Positions 23,697 through 34,830 of a stretch of 57,388 nucleotides of DNA are shown here, in pieces. The stretch spans positions 1 to 57,388 of the forward strand of contig CDMY01000527.1 of NCBI GenBank assembly GCA_001179505.1. Direction: 5' to 3'. Below the pieces are notes generated by a model. It had not been told where the DNA came from, made no database searches, and saw only the letters and a list, made by a program, of their open reading frames with translations. The position numbers were made by a program, and so were the translations under genes. Positions within the stretch are counted from its first letter, which is position 1, and every line of letters begins with the position of its first letter. This DNA is from Vitrella brassicaformis CCMP3155 (lineage: Eukaryota > Protista > Chromerida).

Positions 23697-23891
23697 CCTT
23701 GCCACAGCCTGAAACACACACGCCCGATGAGTAAATGATGTGGTGCTGTGTGCGTGTGTATGGGAGGGGTCAGGCGGGATCCTCACCCTATGAGGGCGAG
23801 GGTGGCGAGCAGCTGGAAGAGGCCGTGGTCCTTCGCGACGGCATCGTTACTCAACTAGAGCACATCCTGACTGTGATGATATCCGCGACTC
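23697..23891. repeat. Module T, repeated at 24745-24941 and partly at 27995-28110
   Basis: CTGAAACACACACGCCCG..GGGAGGGGTCAGGCGGGATCCTCACCCTATGA..GGTGGCGAGCAG is shared by all three. Confidence 0.85.
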
Positions 23892-24939
23892 GAGTATATA
23901 GGACTCCGCAGATATAAAATGAAGGCAGCGATGTCTGAACAGAGACAGAGGAAGGGGGCATTCGCCTTTCGCCAGCTTCTCTTGCTCTCTTGATCTGTAA
24001 GAAAGAGGCTCAGTGAGTGTGTGTGATACCCAGCTCTCCCAGGAAGCGGCCGAAATGGCGAGGCAGGACAGGCACAGCCAGCACCCCCTCTCCGCCCACA
24101 GCAGCTCGGCCTCCTCGCGGCGCCTCTTGGCCAGCTCCGCCGCCCGTCGGCTCTCCCTCTTCGGCAGCGGCACCCAGTCCACGATGGGCGGGTGGTAGAT
24201 GATGATGGGCGCTGGGGCCAGTGGGGGCCGTGGTGCCGCTGCCGGATAGAGGGGGATGTCGGGGAGGTAGTGCACCTGTCGCAGACCAAACAGAGAGAGG
24301 GATTAATGTGTGGTCTGCACTGGTAAGTCTGTTCGTGATGCTTGTTTCTCACCAGGGGCCGCCCGACCTGCACGCCCACCTCCCTCGTCAGGTCGGCATC
24401 CTGCAGCCAACAAACCAGCAGAGATTTCCTCTCAGTTCAGTTGATAGAATGGCGTTTGTGTGGGGCCATCTGCTCACTGTTATGCCGGCCGCCCCGCGTG
24501 TCATCTCTCCCCAACTAAACCGCCGCTCGTGGTCCTGTTGCGTGATGGATGGACACACAGGGCAGAGCATTACAGTCCTGTCGACAACGCATATCGTGCC
24601 CCAACACACGTGAGCCATCATCGCGGGCGCAGGGGCGGTGACATGTCGGCGGATGACGGCCGGGCGGCGGCGGCTACGTCGGTCGGCTCGGCGCGGTGGG
24701 GCTGGGCGGAAAAAGGCCATGATCCGACGGTACACACGGCACATCCCTTGCAGACTGAAACACACACGCCCGATGAGTAAATGATGTGGTGTGTGTGTGT
24801 GTGCGTGTGTATGGGAGGGGTCAGGCGGGATCCTCACCCTATGACGGCGAGGGTGGCGAGCAGCTGGAAGAGGCCGTGGTCCTTCCCGACGGCTTCGTTA
24901 CTCAGCTAGAGCACATCCTGACTGTCCTGATATCCGCGA

Positions 24940-25433
24940 CTCTTCCAGCCTCCTCCCGGCGGCGGCCGGCCTCCTCGCGGCGCCTCTTGGCCAGCTCCGC
25001 CGCCCGTCGGCTCTCCCTCTTCGGCAGCGGCCCCCAGTCGATGATGGGCGGGTGGTAGATGATGATGGGCGCTGGGGCCAGTGCGGGTCGTGGTGCCGCT
25101 GCCGGGTAGAGGGGGATGGCGAAGAGATAGTTGACCTGTCGCAGGGTGCACGCGTCACACGAGTACGTGACGACGTCGCCCACGCGGTAGGAGTTCCCCG
25201 TCTGCCGTCGGTGCGGGGGCTTGTTGATGTCGGGGATGGGGCACTCGATGCGGCAATATATTCCCGCAACGCCTTGGCAGCAGGGGGTCTCATCGCTCCC
25301 TTCCCCGTCTGCAGCACACACAACACATACACATGCGCTTTTGGTTGCCGTCCACGGGATCTCTCTCCTCTTTTGTGAATGCATCATGATCTCACCATCC
25401 CAGACGGTTAGGACGTATCGAGGTTGATTCATG
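24940..25433 (-). CDS. Chimeric ORF: Sushi-family exons fused in frame to the Pro-rich P exon
   Basis: MNQPRYVLTVWD|..ETPCCQGVAGIYCRIECPIPDINKPPHRRQTGNSYRVGDVVTYSCDACTLRQ-VNYLFAIPLYPAAAPRP..WGPLPKRESRR. Expression unknown. Confidence 0.5.
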
Positions 25434-25632
25434 CTGAATGCATACGCAAACAAGAACATCATCACGACATACCATCAACAGACACGGGCGGGCAGCCGCC
25501 CAACGTTTGCGTGTTGAGGACGATCATGCTGAATGCATACGCAAACAAGGACGGACGGCATGACATACTTACCATCAACATGCAGATGCATCTCATCCAC
25601 GCTGTTCAGTGGTCCGCTGTGTGTGTTCTTAC

Positions 25633-25694
25633 GTGATAATGACAGCCGCAAGGGCCAGGGCCCCGACGGAAACGAGGGAATGTTCGAGTTCCAT
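25633..25694 (-). other. Isolated Sushi-family signal-peptide exon
   Basis: MELEHSLVSVGALALAAVIIT followed by donor GTAAGAACACAC and the family intron 1. Confidence 0.65.
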
Positions 25695-25994
25695 GACCTT
25701 TTCCTGCTCTGCAGCCACTGAATGACGAACGATCCCTCGAAGCTTCCCATCCCGCTATCCACTCTGGCTGCCGGCACCTGCAGCTGAAGAGACACATACA
25801 TACAAAGTGGACACCTGACTGTCTCTGTGTGACTTCGCCTCCTTACGCGCCAGAAAGACAATTTGTGACGACACATCCACACGTCGATGATCAGTCGTCG
25901 TCGAATATAAAATGTAAGCAGCGATACCTAATCACACACACGGACAGATGAGATGCGTGTGCGGGATGGGACGGCTCTCTGGATGTGTCTCCAC

Positions 25995-27020
25995 TCACCC
26001 ACCCCCAATTGCCCACCCCTTCCACCCAAGACATGGGGGGCTTTGTGTAGCCAAGAAAACGATGTCCGCCCGCTGCAGCAGTGCCGTCATGGCATTCCAT
26101 GCCTCGCCCTCCGCCTGCTGCAGCATGCTGTCCAGCGTGTTGATGACCCTGCCCGCCGTCGCCTTATCACCCGGCTCCGCCCACTCAAGGAGACCCGGGG
26201 CAGGCCCGATGACATCCCAATGGAGCACATCCAGCACAATGAAGGGCTCCGCGGCCCTCTCCATGCACAGCAGCTTGGCCAGCAGCTGTTGTGTGTGGGG
26301 CGAACGGTTTTGGTAGTAAATGGCGGTACTGTCCGTGTCCACCACCGACGCAGCAGCTGCACTCGGGGCCATGAGGTCCCCGCCCCGTGCAGCGCCTTCA
26401 TTATGTCTGCAATAAATGCCGATTCCGAAGCGGCTTCAGCGCTCAACAGGGAGGTCCATTGCTGCAGGTCGAGGAGCATAGCGATGCCTTGGTCGAACAT
26501 GAGCGAGGATGAGCAATACTGCGGCATGTCAAATGTCAACAGTGGCCTCGCTGGACGTCGTCGAGGATGGCCATGTGCTTAATCTGACCATCACACACAC
26601 ACACACACACTCACAGATTCATACTGCATATTCACCAGGCCAATGCGTTGGGAAGGGTACCTGAGTGAGCTGAAGGTGGGAATGCGGTCCATGGGCAGCG
26701 ACTTGAGCTGCACAGAGAGCTGACACACACACACACACACAGAAAGAGAGAGAGAGAGAGAGATGGATGATCCCCGATGTGGCCTGACCCGACGCGACCA
26801 CAGGCAGAATAATGAGCACGTGATTGTCTGTGTATGCCTTCGCTTTCCACACACGCATACCAGTGCGTCCCTATTGCCGCTTATAGCCATGCCCTTGACG
26901 AGGTAGGTTCTGACGCCGCTCTCAATGCCCAGCGGCAGCACACGCGGGGGCTCCGTCTTGACGAGCTGCACCACCTCAGCCTCATTGATCACCTGACCCT
27001 CCGTCAGCACAAACACCTGC
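25995..27020 (-). CDS. Hypothetical multi-exon protein, probably frameshifted
   Basis: Coding-like segments MFVLTEGQVINEAEVV.., LKSLPMDRIPTFSSLRYPSQRIGLVNMQ, MPQYCSSSLMFDQGIAMLLDL.. and HTQQLLAKLLCMERAAEPFIVLD..LATQS. They are separated by microsatellite introns and end at the shared GTGAGTGGAGACAC donor. Confidence 0.4.
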
Positions 27021-28591
27021 CTGCAACGAGCACAAGGCGTAGATGCATCCCATCTCGCATCTCACGCATGGCTGCAGCAGTTATCCTAATGCATGGCGCA
27101 CATACCCCGCCGGGAGGATGCGGTAAAGGCAGCACAGGGCCGTCACCAATGGTATCATGGGTATCATCGGTGGTAGGGGGATGGATTGCAGATGCTGGTC
27201 TCGAGTAGACCGTCGTCACTTGTGAGCGAAAAAGCGAAAACAGCCAACAAAGAAGCGGGGTTTGCTATTTTTTCGTGTGTTTTGGCGAGAGCTGACCCGA
27301 CCGTCCCTCAGCACGAACACACGGCTGCAATCCACACACACACACACACACACACACGAGAGAGAGAGAGAGAGAGAGGAAGAGATGGATCTAGAGGTGT
27401 GCGTGGAAGGGGCACTCACCGTGCGTTTCCCTTAGCGGGCGTCATGCTCATGAAGGGGATCTCGGTGCCGCCCATGTCGTCATCGACCGTCGACACGAAT
27501 GCCAGCGCCTCGGCAACAGTGGCCTCGCTGGACTTGACCGAGGATGGCCATGTGCTTAATCTGACCATCACACACACACACACACACTCACAGATTCATA
27601 CTGCATATTCACCAGGCCAATGCGTTGGGAAGGGTACCTGAGTGAGCTGAAGTTGAAGAAGCGGTCCATGGCCATGGCCTTCATGCTCTGCGCCACACGC
27701 GGCGACCCACTCCAGTCCAGCACAGAGGGCAGCAAGTCTTTTATTCACTTCGCATGGTTGAAGTGCAGGTATGTCCTACACTTCGTCCACAACATTGTAG
27801 TGCTGTCGACAACACATATCGTGCCCCGACTCACGTGTGCTATCATGGCGGCCGCAGGCGCGGTGACGTGTCGCCTTATGACAGCGGGGCGGCGGCGGCT
27901 ACGTCGGTCGGCTCGGCGCCGGCTACGTCGGTCGGCTCGGCGGGGTGGGTGTGGGCAGATGGACGCCATGATCCGACGATGGACATGGCACAGCCCTCGC
28001 CACAGCCTGAAACACACACGCCCGCTTAGTAAATAAAGTGGTGCTGTGTGCGTGTGTATGGAAGGGGTCAGACGGGATCCTCACATTATGACGGCGAGGG
28101 TGGCGAGCAGAGCGAAGAGGCCAACGTCGCCCTCGTACTCATCATCCGCCACGTGGTGGTAGACTTCCTGCAGCCCATCGGCTGTCGTGGTGTTGGCCGT
28201 CTGGTTGACAATCGAGTTGACGTCAAAGAGGAAGTGCAGGTGGGGCTGGGCGTCCTCTGGTGGAAAGGCGGTGGCTGTGGTCGGCTGACGAGTTGACGTA
28301 GTTGACGAGTCCACAGATATAAAATGGAGGCAGCGATGTCTGAAGGCACATGGAGACACAAACGTGTGTCTCAGTCGGGAGATAGACATTCCCGCTTGCC
28401 TGCTGACGGCTCACCCCTTGTGGTCTCCCAGTCACAACTCAGACAGACACGGGCGGGCAGCCGCCCAACGTTTACGTGTTCAGGACGATTCGCTGAATGC
28501 ATAGGCAAACAAGGACGGACGGCATGACATACTTACCATCAACGTGCAGATGCATCTCATCCATCCCCACATCCGCTGTGCCTGTCCTTAC

Positions 28592-29057
28592 GTGAAGAGG
28601 GTGACTGCAGCAAGGGACAGTGCCCCGAAGAAAACGATCGAACGAGCGAGTTCGTCCATGCTGACTTTTTTTCCTGTGTGTGCTGGAGAAGCGTTCCACT
28701 TGCCCTTCCCCCTGCAGTAGATCCCGGCCACGCGTTGGCAGCAATGGGTCTCCACGCCTTCATCTTCTGCAGCACACACAACGGATACACACGCGCAATT
28801 GGTTGCCGTCCACTGGATCTCTCTCCTTTTTTGTGAATGCATCATGATCTCACCCTCGCAGACCGTCACTAAGTGTTGGGGTTGATTTAGCCTGAATGCA
28901 TAGGCAAACAGGACATCATCACGACATGCCATCAACGTGCAGAATTTGCAATTGCATCTCATCCATCCCCGACATTCGCTGTGCGTTCTTACCTGAACCA
29001 GACGATTGCGAGGGCCACTGCCCCGACGATAACGAGTGTTTGCGCGAGTTCGACCAT
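28592..29057 (-). CDS. Small Sushi-family-derived protein with signal exons at both ends
   Basis: Exons 29057-28993, 28891-28854 and 28766-28592 splice in frame: MVELAQTLVIVGAVALAIVWFR-LNQPQHLVTVCE-EDEGVETHCCQRVAGIYCRG..KVS-MDELARSIVFFGALSLAAVTLFT. Confidence 0.55.
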
Positions 29058-29489
29058 CCTTTCGTGTTTGCGTGTGTTCTGAAAAAGCGTTTCACCGGGA
29101 ACTTGAAGCTCGCGCCGTGACGGGTGCCGCATTGTTCCTATTGACGACTGCCCATCTCTAGCCAATAAGGCACGTCTCCGTGATGTGCTCCATCTCGAAA
29201 GCTCCGTCCACTCGCTTGGCATCGGTCCTGTGTCGCACAACTTGAACCTCGATGTCTGCATTGGCACACCTGCAGTGTGATCCTACATATGCATAGGGCA
29301 AGAGTCGAACGTTTCTTGCCTGCAGACAGGTCACATCATTCCGCTGATGGAAGCGTGATGCGATTCTTGTCCTTCAAGAAATGCCTTGTGTGTGCGCTGA
29401 AGATGGCTACCACACAAAGAGGCAATAAGTAGTCTGGAAAACAAGAAGAAAATGGAGGAAAATGCTCACTGTCTCCCGCCGTCTCGCGT

Positions 29490-30528
29490 CGAGAATTCTT
29501 ACCGGTCTGTCCTCGTGTGGGAGTGGGGTTGTGGCACAAGCTCGATGGTTGNNNNNNNNNNNNNNNNNNNNNNNNNNNNNNNNNNNNNNNNNNNNNNNNN
29601 NNNNNNNNNNNNNNNNNNNNNNNNNNNNNNNNNNNNNNNNNNNNNNNNNNNNNNNNNNNNNNNNNNNNNNNNNNNNNNNNNNNNNNNNNNNNNNNNNNNN
29701 NNNNNNNNNNNNNNNNNNNNNNNNNNNNNNNNNNNNNNNNNNNNNNNNNNNNNNNNNNNNNNNNNNNNNNNNNNNNNNNNNNNNNNNNNNNNNNNNNNNN
29801 NNNNNNNNNNNNNNNNNNNNNNNNNNNNNNNNNNNNNNNNNNNNNNNNNNNGCGGTCGAGAATTCTTACCGGTCCTGTCCTCGTGTGGGAGTGGGATTGT
29901 GGCACAAGCTCGATGGTTGCGATGACACACCCACACATTCAGATCAGATCATCCCTGTGCGCCTCTTTGCACCTGTTGCTGTCTTCTCATCCGTCCTCCT
30001 CGCGCTGGACAGAAATCCTTAAAAAAGTGCTGCTGTCTCTCTGGCTCATTTGTGACGGACCTGCGGCTGCCTACCCGCTGCGGTGCATGGCGGTGCCCGT
30101 CAACAGAAAGAGAAACTTCAAGATGGCCTGCAGAGAGGAAGAGAGAGAGTGCAAAAGCGCAGTCTATATGATCCGCCAGGCACACACACCTTCGGTCACA
30201 TCCTTCCGCTGATGGCAGCGGCCGTAGGTGGTGTCGTTGACCAGCTGCCCTGGGCGCTGAAAACGGCCACCACGCGCGAAGGGCGTTAGGAGCGCCATGC
30301 CGATGGCGCACCCGGCCTTGAGTGAATGCGGCGGACGAATGGGTCGACAGAGTGCCTGCCGGGCAGCGAGTCGGGCAGCTCTGCTGCCAAATGACAAATC
30401 GAAGGCAAACAGGAAAGCAGAGAAGAGGGAGCGTCGTTGAAGGAGAGAGAGCTCAGTTCATGACGAAGAAAAGAGAGCAGCGGACGCCGTCTCCCCTGTC
30501 TCGCGTCGAGAATTCTCGCCGGTTCTGT
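29490..30528 (+). repeat. Copy B (complete) of the upstream unit, bounded by CGAGAATTCT(T/C) direct repeats
   Basis: CGAGAATTCTTA at 29490 and 29857 (both sides of the N gap carry the same ~60 bp, so the gap looks spurious) and CGAGAATTCTCG at 30507. Confidence 0.85.
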
Positions 30529-30712
30529 AGTCCAGCTCGAAAGACATGGAGAAACCGTGTTTGGAATGTAATTCTTCACACTCTCTCAGCGAAGTCGACC
30601 CTAGGGTGCTGCTTGAAACCGCTCCTTCTCCCCCCTAGATTCAAAGCTCGCAATTTTCTGAGAGGCGCCGTTTGCGCGGATCTGCACCGCGCCGTGCGTC
30701 CAAGGTGGGACG

Positions 30713-33700
30713 ATGCAACGGTCTACAATGCGTTCCATTAACCGTCGACTCTTTCCTCTCATCCACGTCCGGCACATCCGAACGGCCCTCAGATCAGCCA
30801 CCCCGACTCATCCAAAGAAGAGGCCGCAGACATCAGATGCAACCGCGACTGACCTGTGGTCGCCCTATCGCTTCGAAGATCTGGGTGGTGGCATCCATCC
30901 CGTCCTCATCGAAGCGATGCGCGCGCAGGGCATCGACCGGCCCACCACCATCCAGCAACGCTCCTACGACCTGCTTGCAGAGGGCCGGGACTGCGTGGTG
31001 GCGTCGGAAACGGGCAGCGGCAAGACGCTTGCCTACCTGCTGCCGCTGCTGAACCAGCTGTATCACGTGCACGACTGGGTGGAGGCGTCGAGGGCTGCGC
31101 AGGACGGGCAGGTGAACCCTCTGAAGGAGCTGAGGCCGTGGGTGGTGCTGGCGCTCACACGGGACCTTTGTGCACAGGTGAGGGAGAGAGGGGGACAGAA
31201 AGAGGCAGACAGGGCGGGGGCGTGTCTGTGCATCCATCAGCCTGTGTTGTGTGCAGATATGTCAGATGGCTCAGTCGATTGACCCGCTGGGGCGGCTGTC
31301 CATCCAGACACTCGTCGAGCTGCCCAAGTTCCCACACTCCAGGTACGTCACACGTCACACAAAAGAGTACACACACCCACCAGTGCGCCTGTCTGATTGG
31401 TTCCACCATCAACAGGGCGGGTGTCGACCCCTTCCGCGTCCCTACCGGACCGTTGCCGAAGCATCTGCGGCACCTGCGGGGCATCGACCCATCCCACAGT
31501 GTGCTCCAGGACCTGTCGCTGCAGCGACAGCCACAGCCAGTCATCGCGGCCCCGAGGATCAGGTGGGGCGCCGTCGACCTGGTCGTCACCACGCCCATCA
31601 AGTTCCTGCAGGACCTCCTCAGGTGCGCGTGGGCATGAGTGGTGAGTGGGGTGTGGACACCTGACAGACGGTTGTTTTCTCTTTCTCTCTGTGTGTCCAG
31701 GTTTGTGGGCGAGAGTGTGTATCCGTCATGTCTGGTGTTCGATGAGGTGGACGAGCACTTCCAGAGCGTCACCAGGAACCTCATCTTCGACATCGTCAAG
31801 GTGGGCCACTCACACAGATCCACATGACGCTTTTCTCTCATAGGTGATCTCTTGCTTATTGTCAGCACCTGCGCCCCCGTCCGCCCATCCGTCAGTATGA
31901 CGAGATCCGCCGGCCGCTGGCGCCACTAGTCCCCACGCAGTTCGTCTTTGTGGGCGCCACACAGCCAACTGGGGGATGGTGCACCACTGGCGCAATGATC
32001 ATCGAACGGTGACCATCCGACCCATCCTCACAGATGCAGATGGACAGACAGGAGAGGCAAAGATGTGTGCGTGTGTGTGTGTGTGTGTGTCAGGTTCCAC
32101 GTGGCCGAGCAGCTGTGGACGGCGGGTCTGCACGCCATCTCGCCTTTGGTGAGTCAGCGGTGGCTGGAGGTGCCGGCCGACAAGAACATCTTCGAGCAGA
32201 AGCTCGACATGCTCCTGACGGTCCTCAACCAGATGCCAAAGGACAGAACACTCATATTCACCACTTCTGTCGGTACGCTTCCACATAATCACGCGAAGAT
32301 CAGCACGATACACAGAAGCATATGTGTGTGTGTGTGTGCTTGTAGGCACGTGTCGGCGTCTGTATCACTTGTTGAGTGAGGGCGGGTGGCCGGCCGTGTC
32401 GTTCCACCGCAGCATGACCATGGACCACCGAATGAGATCTGCCGACAAATTCTTCAGGTTAGTAGACACGCCCCCTCCACCCTTGCAAGACACACACATT
32501 GATGCTTCTGATCCTTGTGTGTGTGTATGCGATGTGTATGTCAGGGGTGAGGCGATCGTGATGGTGGCCACCAACCTGGGAGGCCGTGGCGTGGATTTCT
32601 TCCAGGTCGACCACGTCATCAACTTCGACTTCCCAAATGACGCTGGCATCTACCTCAGCAGGTAGCCAATGGCCCTCCCTCAGTCCGCACACACATCCAC
32701 AAGTGCACGTGTGTATTGTATTTCCTGCACCATCAGAGTCGGCCGCACAGGCCGTGTCGGGCGCAAGGGTCACGTGACCAATTTCGTGGACCCCCAGCAC
32801 GCCCACCTGGCGTCGGCCATCCTGGAGAAGATAGAGGAGGGCAGCAAGATACACTCGACCTTCTCGCGCAAAAGGGCGTTCAGGAACAAACTCAGAGGGA
32901 AGATACAGGTCTGTATTGTGCACACGGATGGAGCCTGACACACCCACGTGCACACATCGATCTGGCTGCTGCTGTGGGTGTTCCAGACGGCGGCATTCTC
33001 TGAGATGAAGGCCAAACTAATGGACAAGATGCAGCAGAACGTCAAAAGGAGCATCGTCCCGACACCCTCCAACCGACCCCCAGCCATGGGCCGCAAATCC
33101 ACGAGAGCAGCGCGCTCCGCTGCCGACAATGCAGCGGCTGCCGCAGATGACGATGACTGGGAGTCCGTACGTCGCACCCTGCAGCACGAGCAGGTGCTCG
33201 CGGCATCCGGCATCGACATGAGCGGCCGTGACGGTGACGATCAGGGAGGGGAGGGGCAGGAGAGCGCCCCTGGTGGTGGCAGGCCTGTCCGCAAGAAAAG
33301 AGAGAAGGCAGATGCAGACCAGCCACCGCAAGAAGTGGATAAGTCAGGTTTGATCCATCGGCCGCGGAGAGGCGAATCTTCGCAGCAGCTCTCCGGCCAC
33401 GTCGATCTGCTCGGCGCTGCCCAGTCCCTCCCACAATCACCATCAACAGCAGCAGGCAAGAAGAGACCTAAGGGCGCCATGCAGCCGCCGCGCACAGAGG
33501 TGAAAGATGCGGCAGAGGAGCCGCCATTGCCGCCATGGCACTCCGCCTTTGCCGATGATGACGGCTTTCATGCTGTCGAGAAACGGCTGGGAGAGAGGGA
33601 GAGCGTGGCAGGGCGAAAGTACGCCAGCAAACACAGGAGTGGTGTGGGCAGGGAGGAGGAAGAATCTGACATTCTCGACTCTGATGAAGAGGTGAGCAAG

Positions 33701-34830
33701 TGCACGCACACCGCATGGCCACATGCAGGAGCATCATTCTGGTGTCCTGATGCACACAGGATCTGCGCGACATCTCCCTCGCCGCCCCCACATCACCATC
33801 ACCGTCACCATCCGGCACAGACGATACCGATGACGAGTCGCCAGACGCACCCATCGGCAATCACGACTTCGACATAGCAGCCGGCCACGAGCCACGCGAT
33901 TCACAACAGCACCAGTCATCCCCCGGCCAGCTGCTCGGCCACATCACTGTCGTCACGGGCAGCGACGATGATGACAACGATTCCATGACGGACAGCGATA
34001 GTGATGAGGATGGTGACGAGGGTGACGGCGAGATGGGCGGCTTGCCGCTCAAGTACGGCGAGACGCTTGCACGTGAGCGTGGGCGTGGATGGGGTGGCTT
34101 GGCGAGGCTGAGGGACGTGCAACACGATGGAAGAATGGCGGTCATGCCGTGGGCAAGGGGGGCGGGGGGCGTCGTGCAGCTGCAAAAGAAAGGTAGGCGT
34201 CATACGAAGGCACTCGCATCGCATATTGTTGGTGTCATTGCATTCGCACGTGTGTGTCATTGTGTGCAGAGGCATCCCCACCTCATCCGGCGGCCCCTGC
34301 CGGCCTGGACGAGCTGCGCGCCCACCTGCTGGAGAGCGACTCGGACGATGACGAGGGCGGCGATAGTGACATGTACAGCACTGCCGTCATACGACGCACA
34401 CCACCGCCAGAATGGTACCAAGTGACTGACCAAAGAAAGGCCATGCTCCCTGTGTTTTGGTCGGTCGACGAATGTGTGTGCGCTATGCCACTGCAGGGCC
34501 GAGAAAGAGGCCAAGACCCCTCCCCGCCCCTGGTCAAACCCATCCATGACGGCCACCCCCTCACCCCCACCAGCCATCAAGTGGGACCAGCTCAAGAGGA
34601 AACCCACACCAGCCCTGCCCAGCAAGCGTGAGGGCAAAGACGTCTTCCAGTTCGGCACGCGGCCTGTCGACGGCCCTCCGCCACAATCGGCGCTGTCGGC
34701 TGGTCTGGGTCGGCTGCCGCGGCGGGCCAAGAACCTCAAGAAGGGCACCGCTGGCAGCCTGCTGCGCAACTACGATGAGTTCGATGGCGGCGGTGGTGGT
34801 GGTGGTGGTGATGGGGAGGTCAAGCTGTGA
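30713..34830 (+). CDS. DEAD-box RNA helicase, organellar (DDX28/RH22-like), with a long acidic disordered C-terminal tail
   Basis: Arg/Ser-rich presequence, ASETGSGKT, VLALTRDL, DEVD, VGAT, ATNLGGRGVD, YLSRVGRTGRVGRKG, HSTFSRKRAFRNKLR. Splices in frame (KIQ|TAAFSEMK) into D/E-rich exons ending GEVKL-stop. Subfamily assignment is from memory. Confidence 0.85.

Noticed and set aside
30164-30397. Minus-strand ORF (MSFGSRAARLAARQ..) inside the upstream unit as a divergent gene
   Set aside because: It starts at TTG, copy C is frameshifted relative to A and B, and there is no recognisable domain. It is not excluded as a 5' exon.
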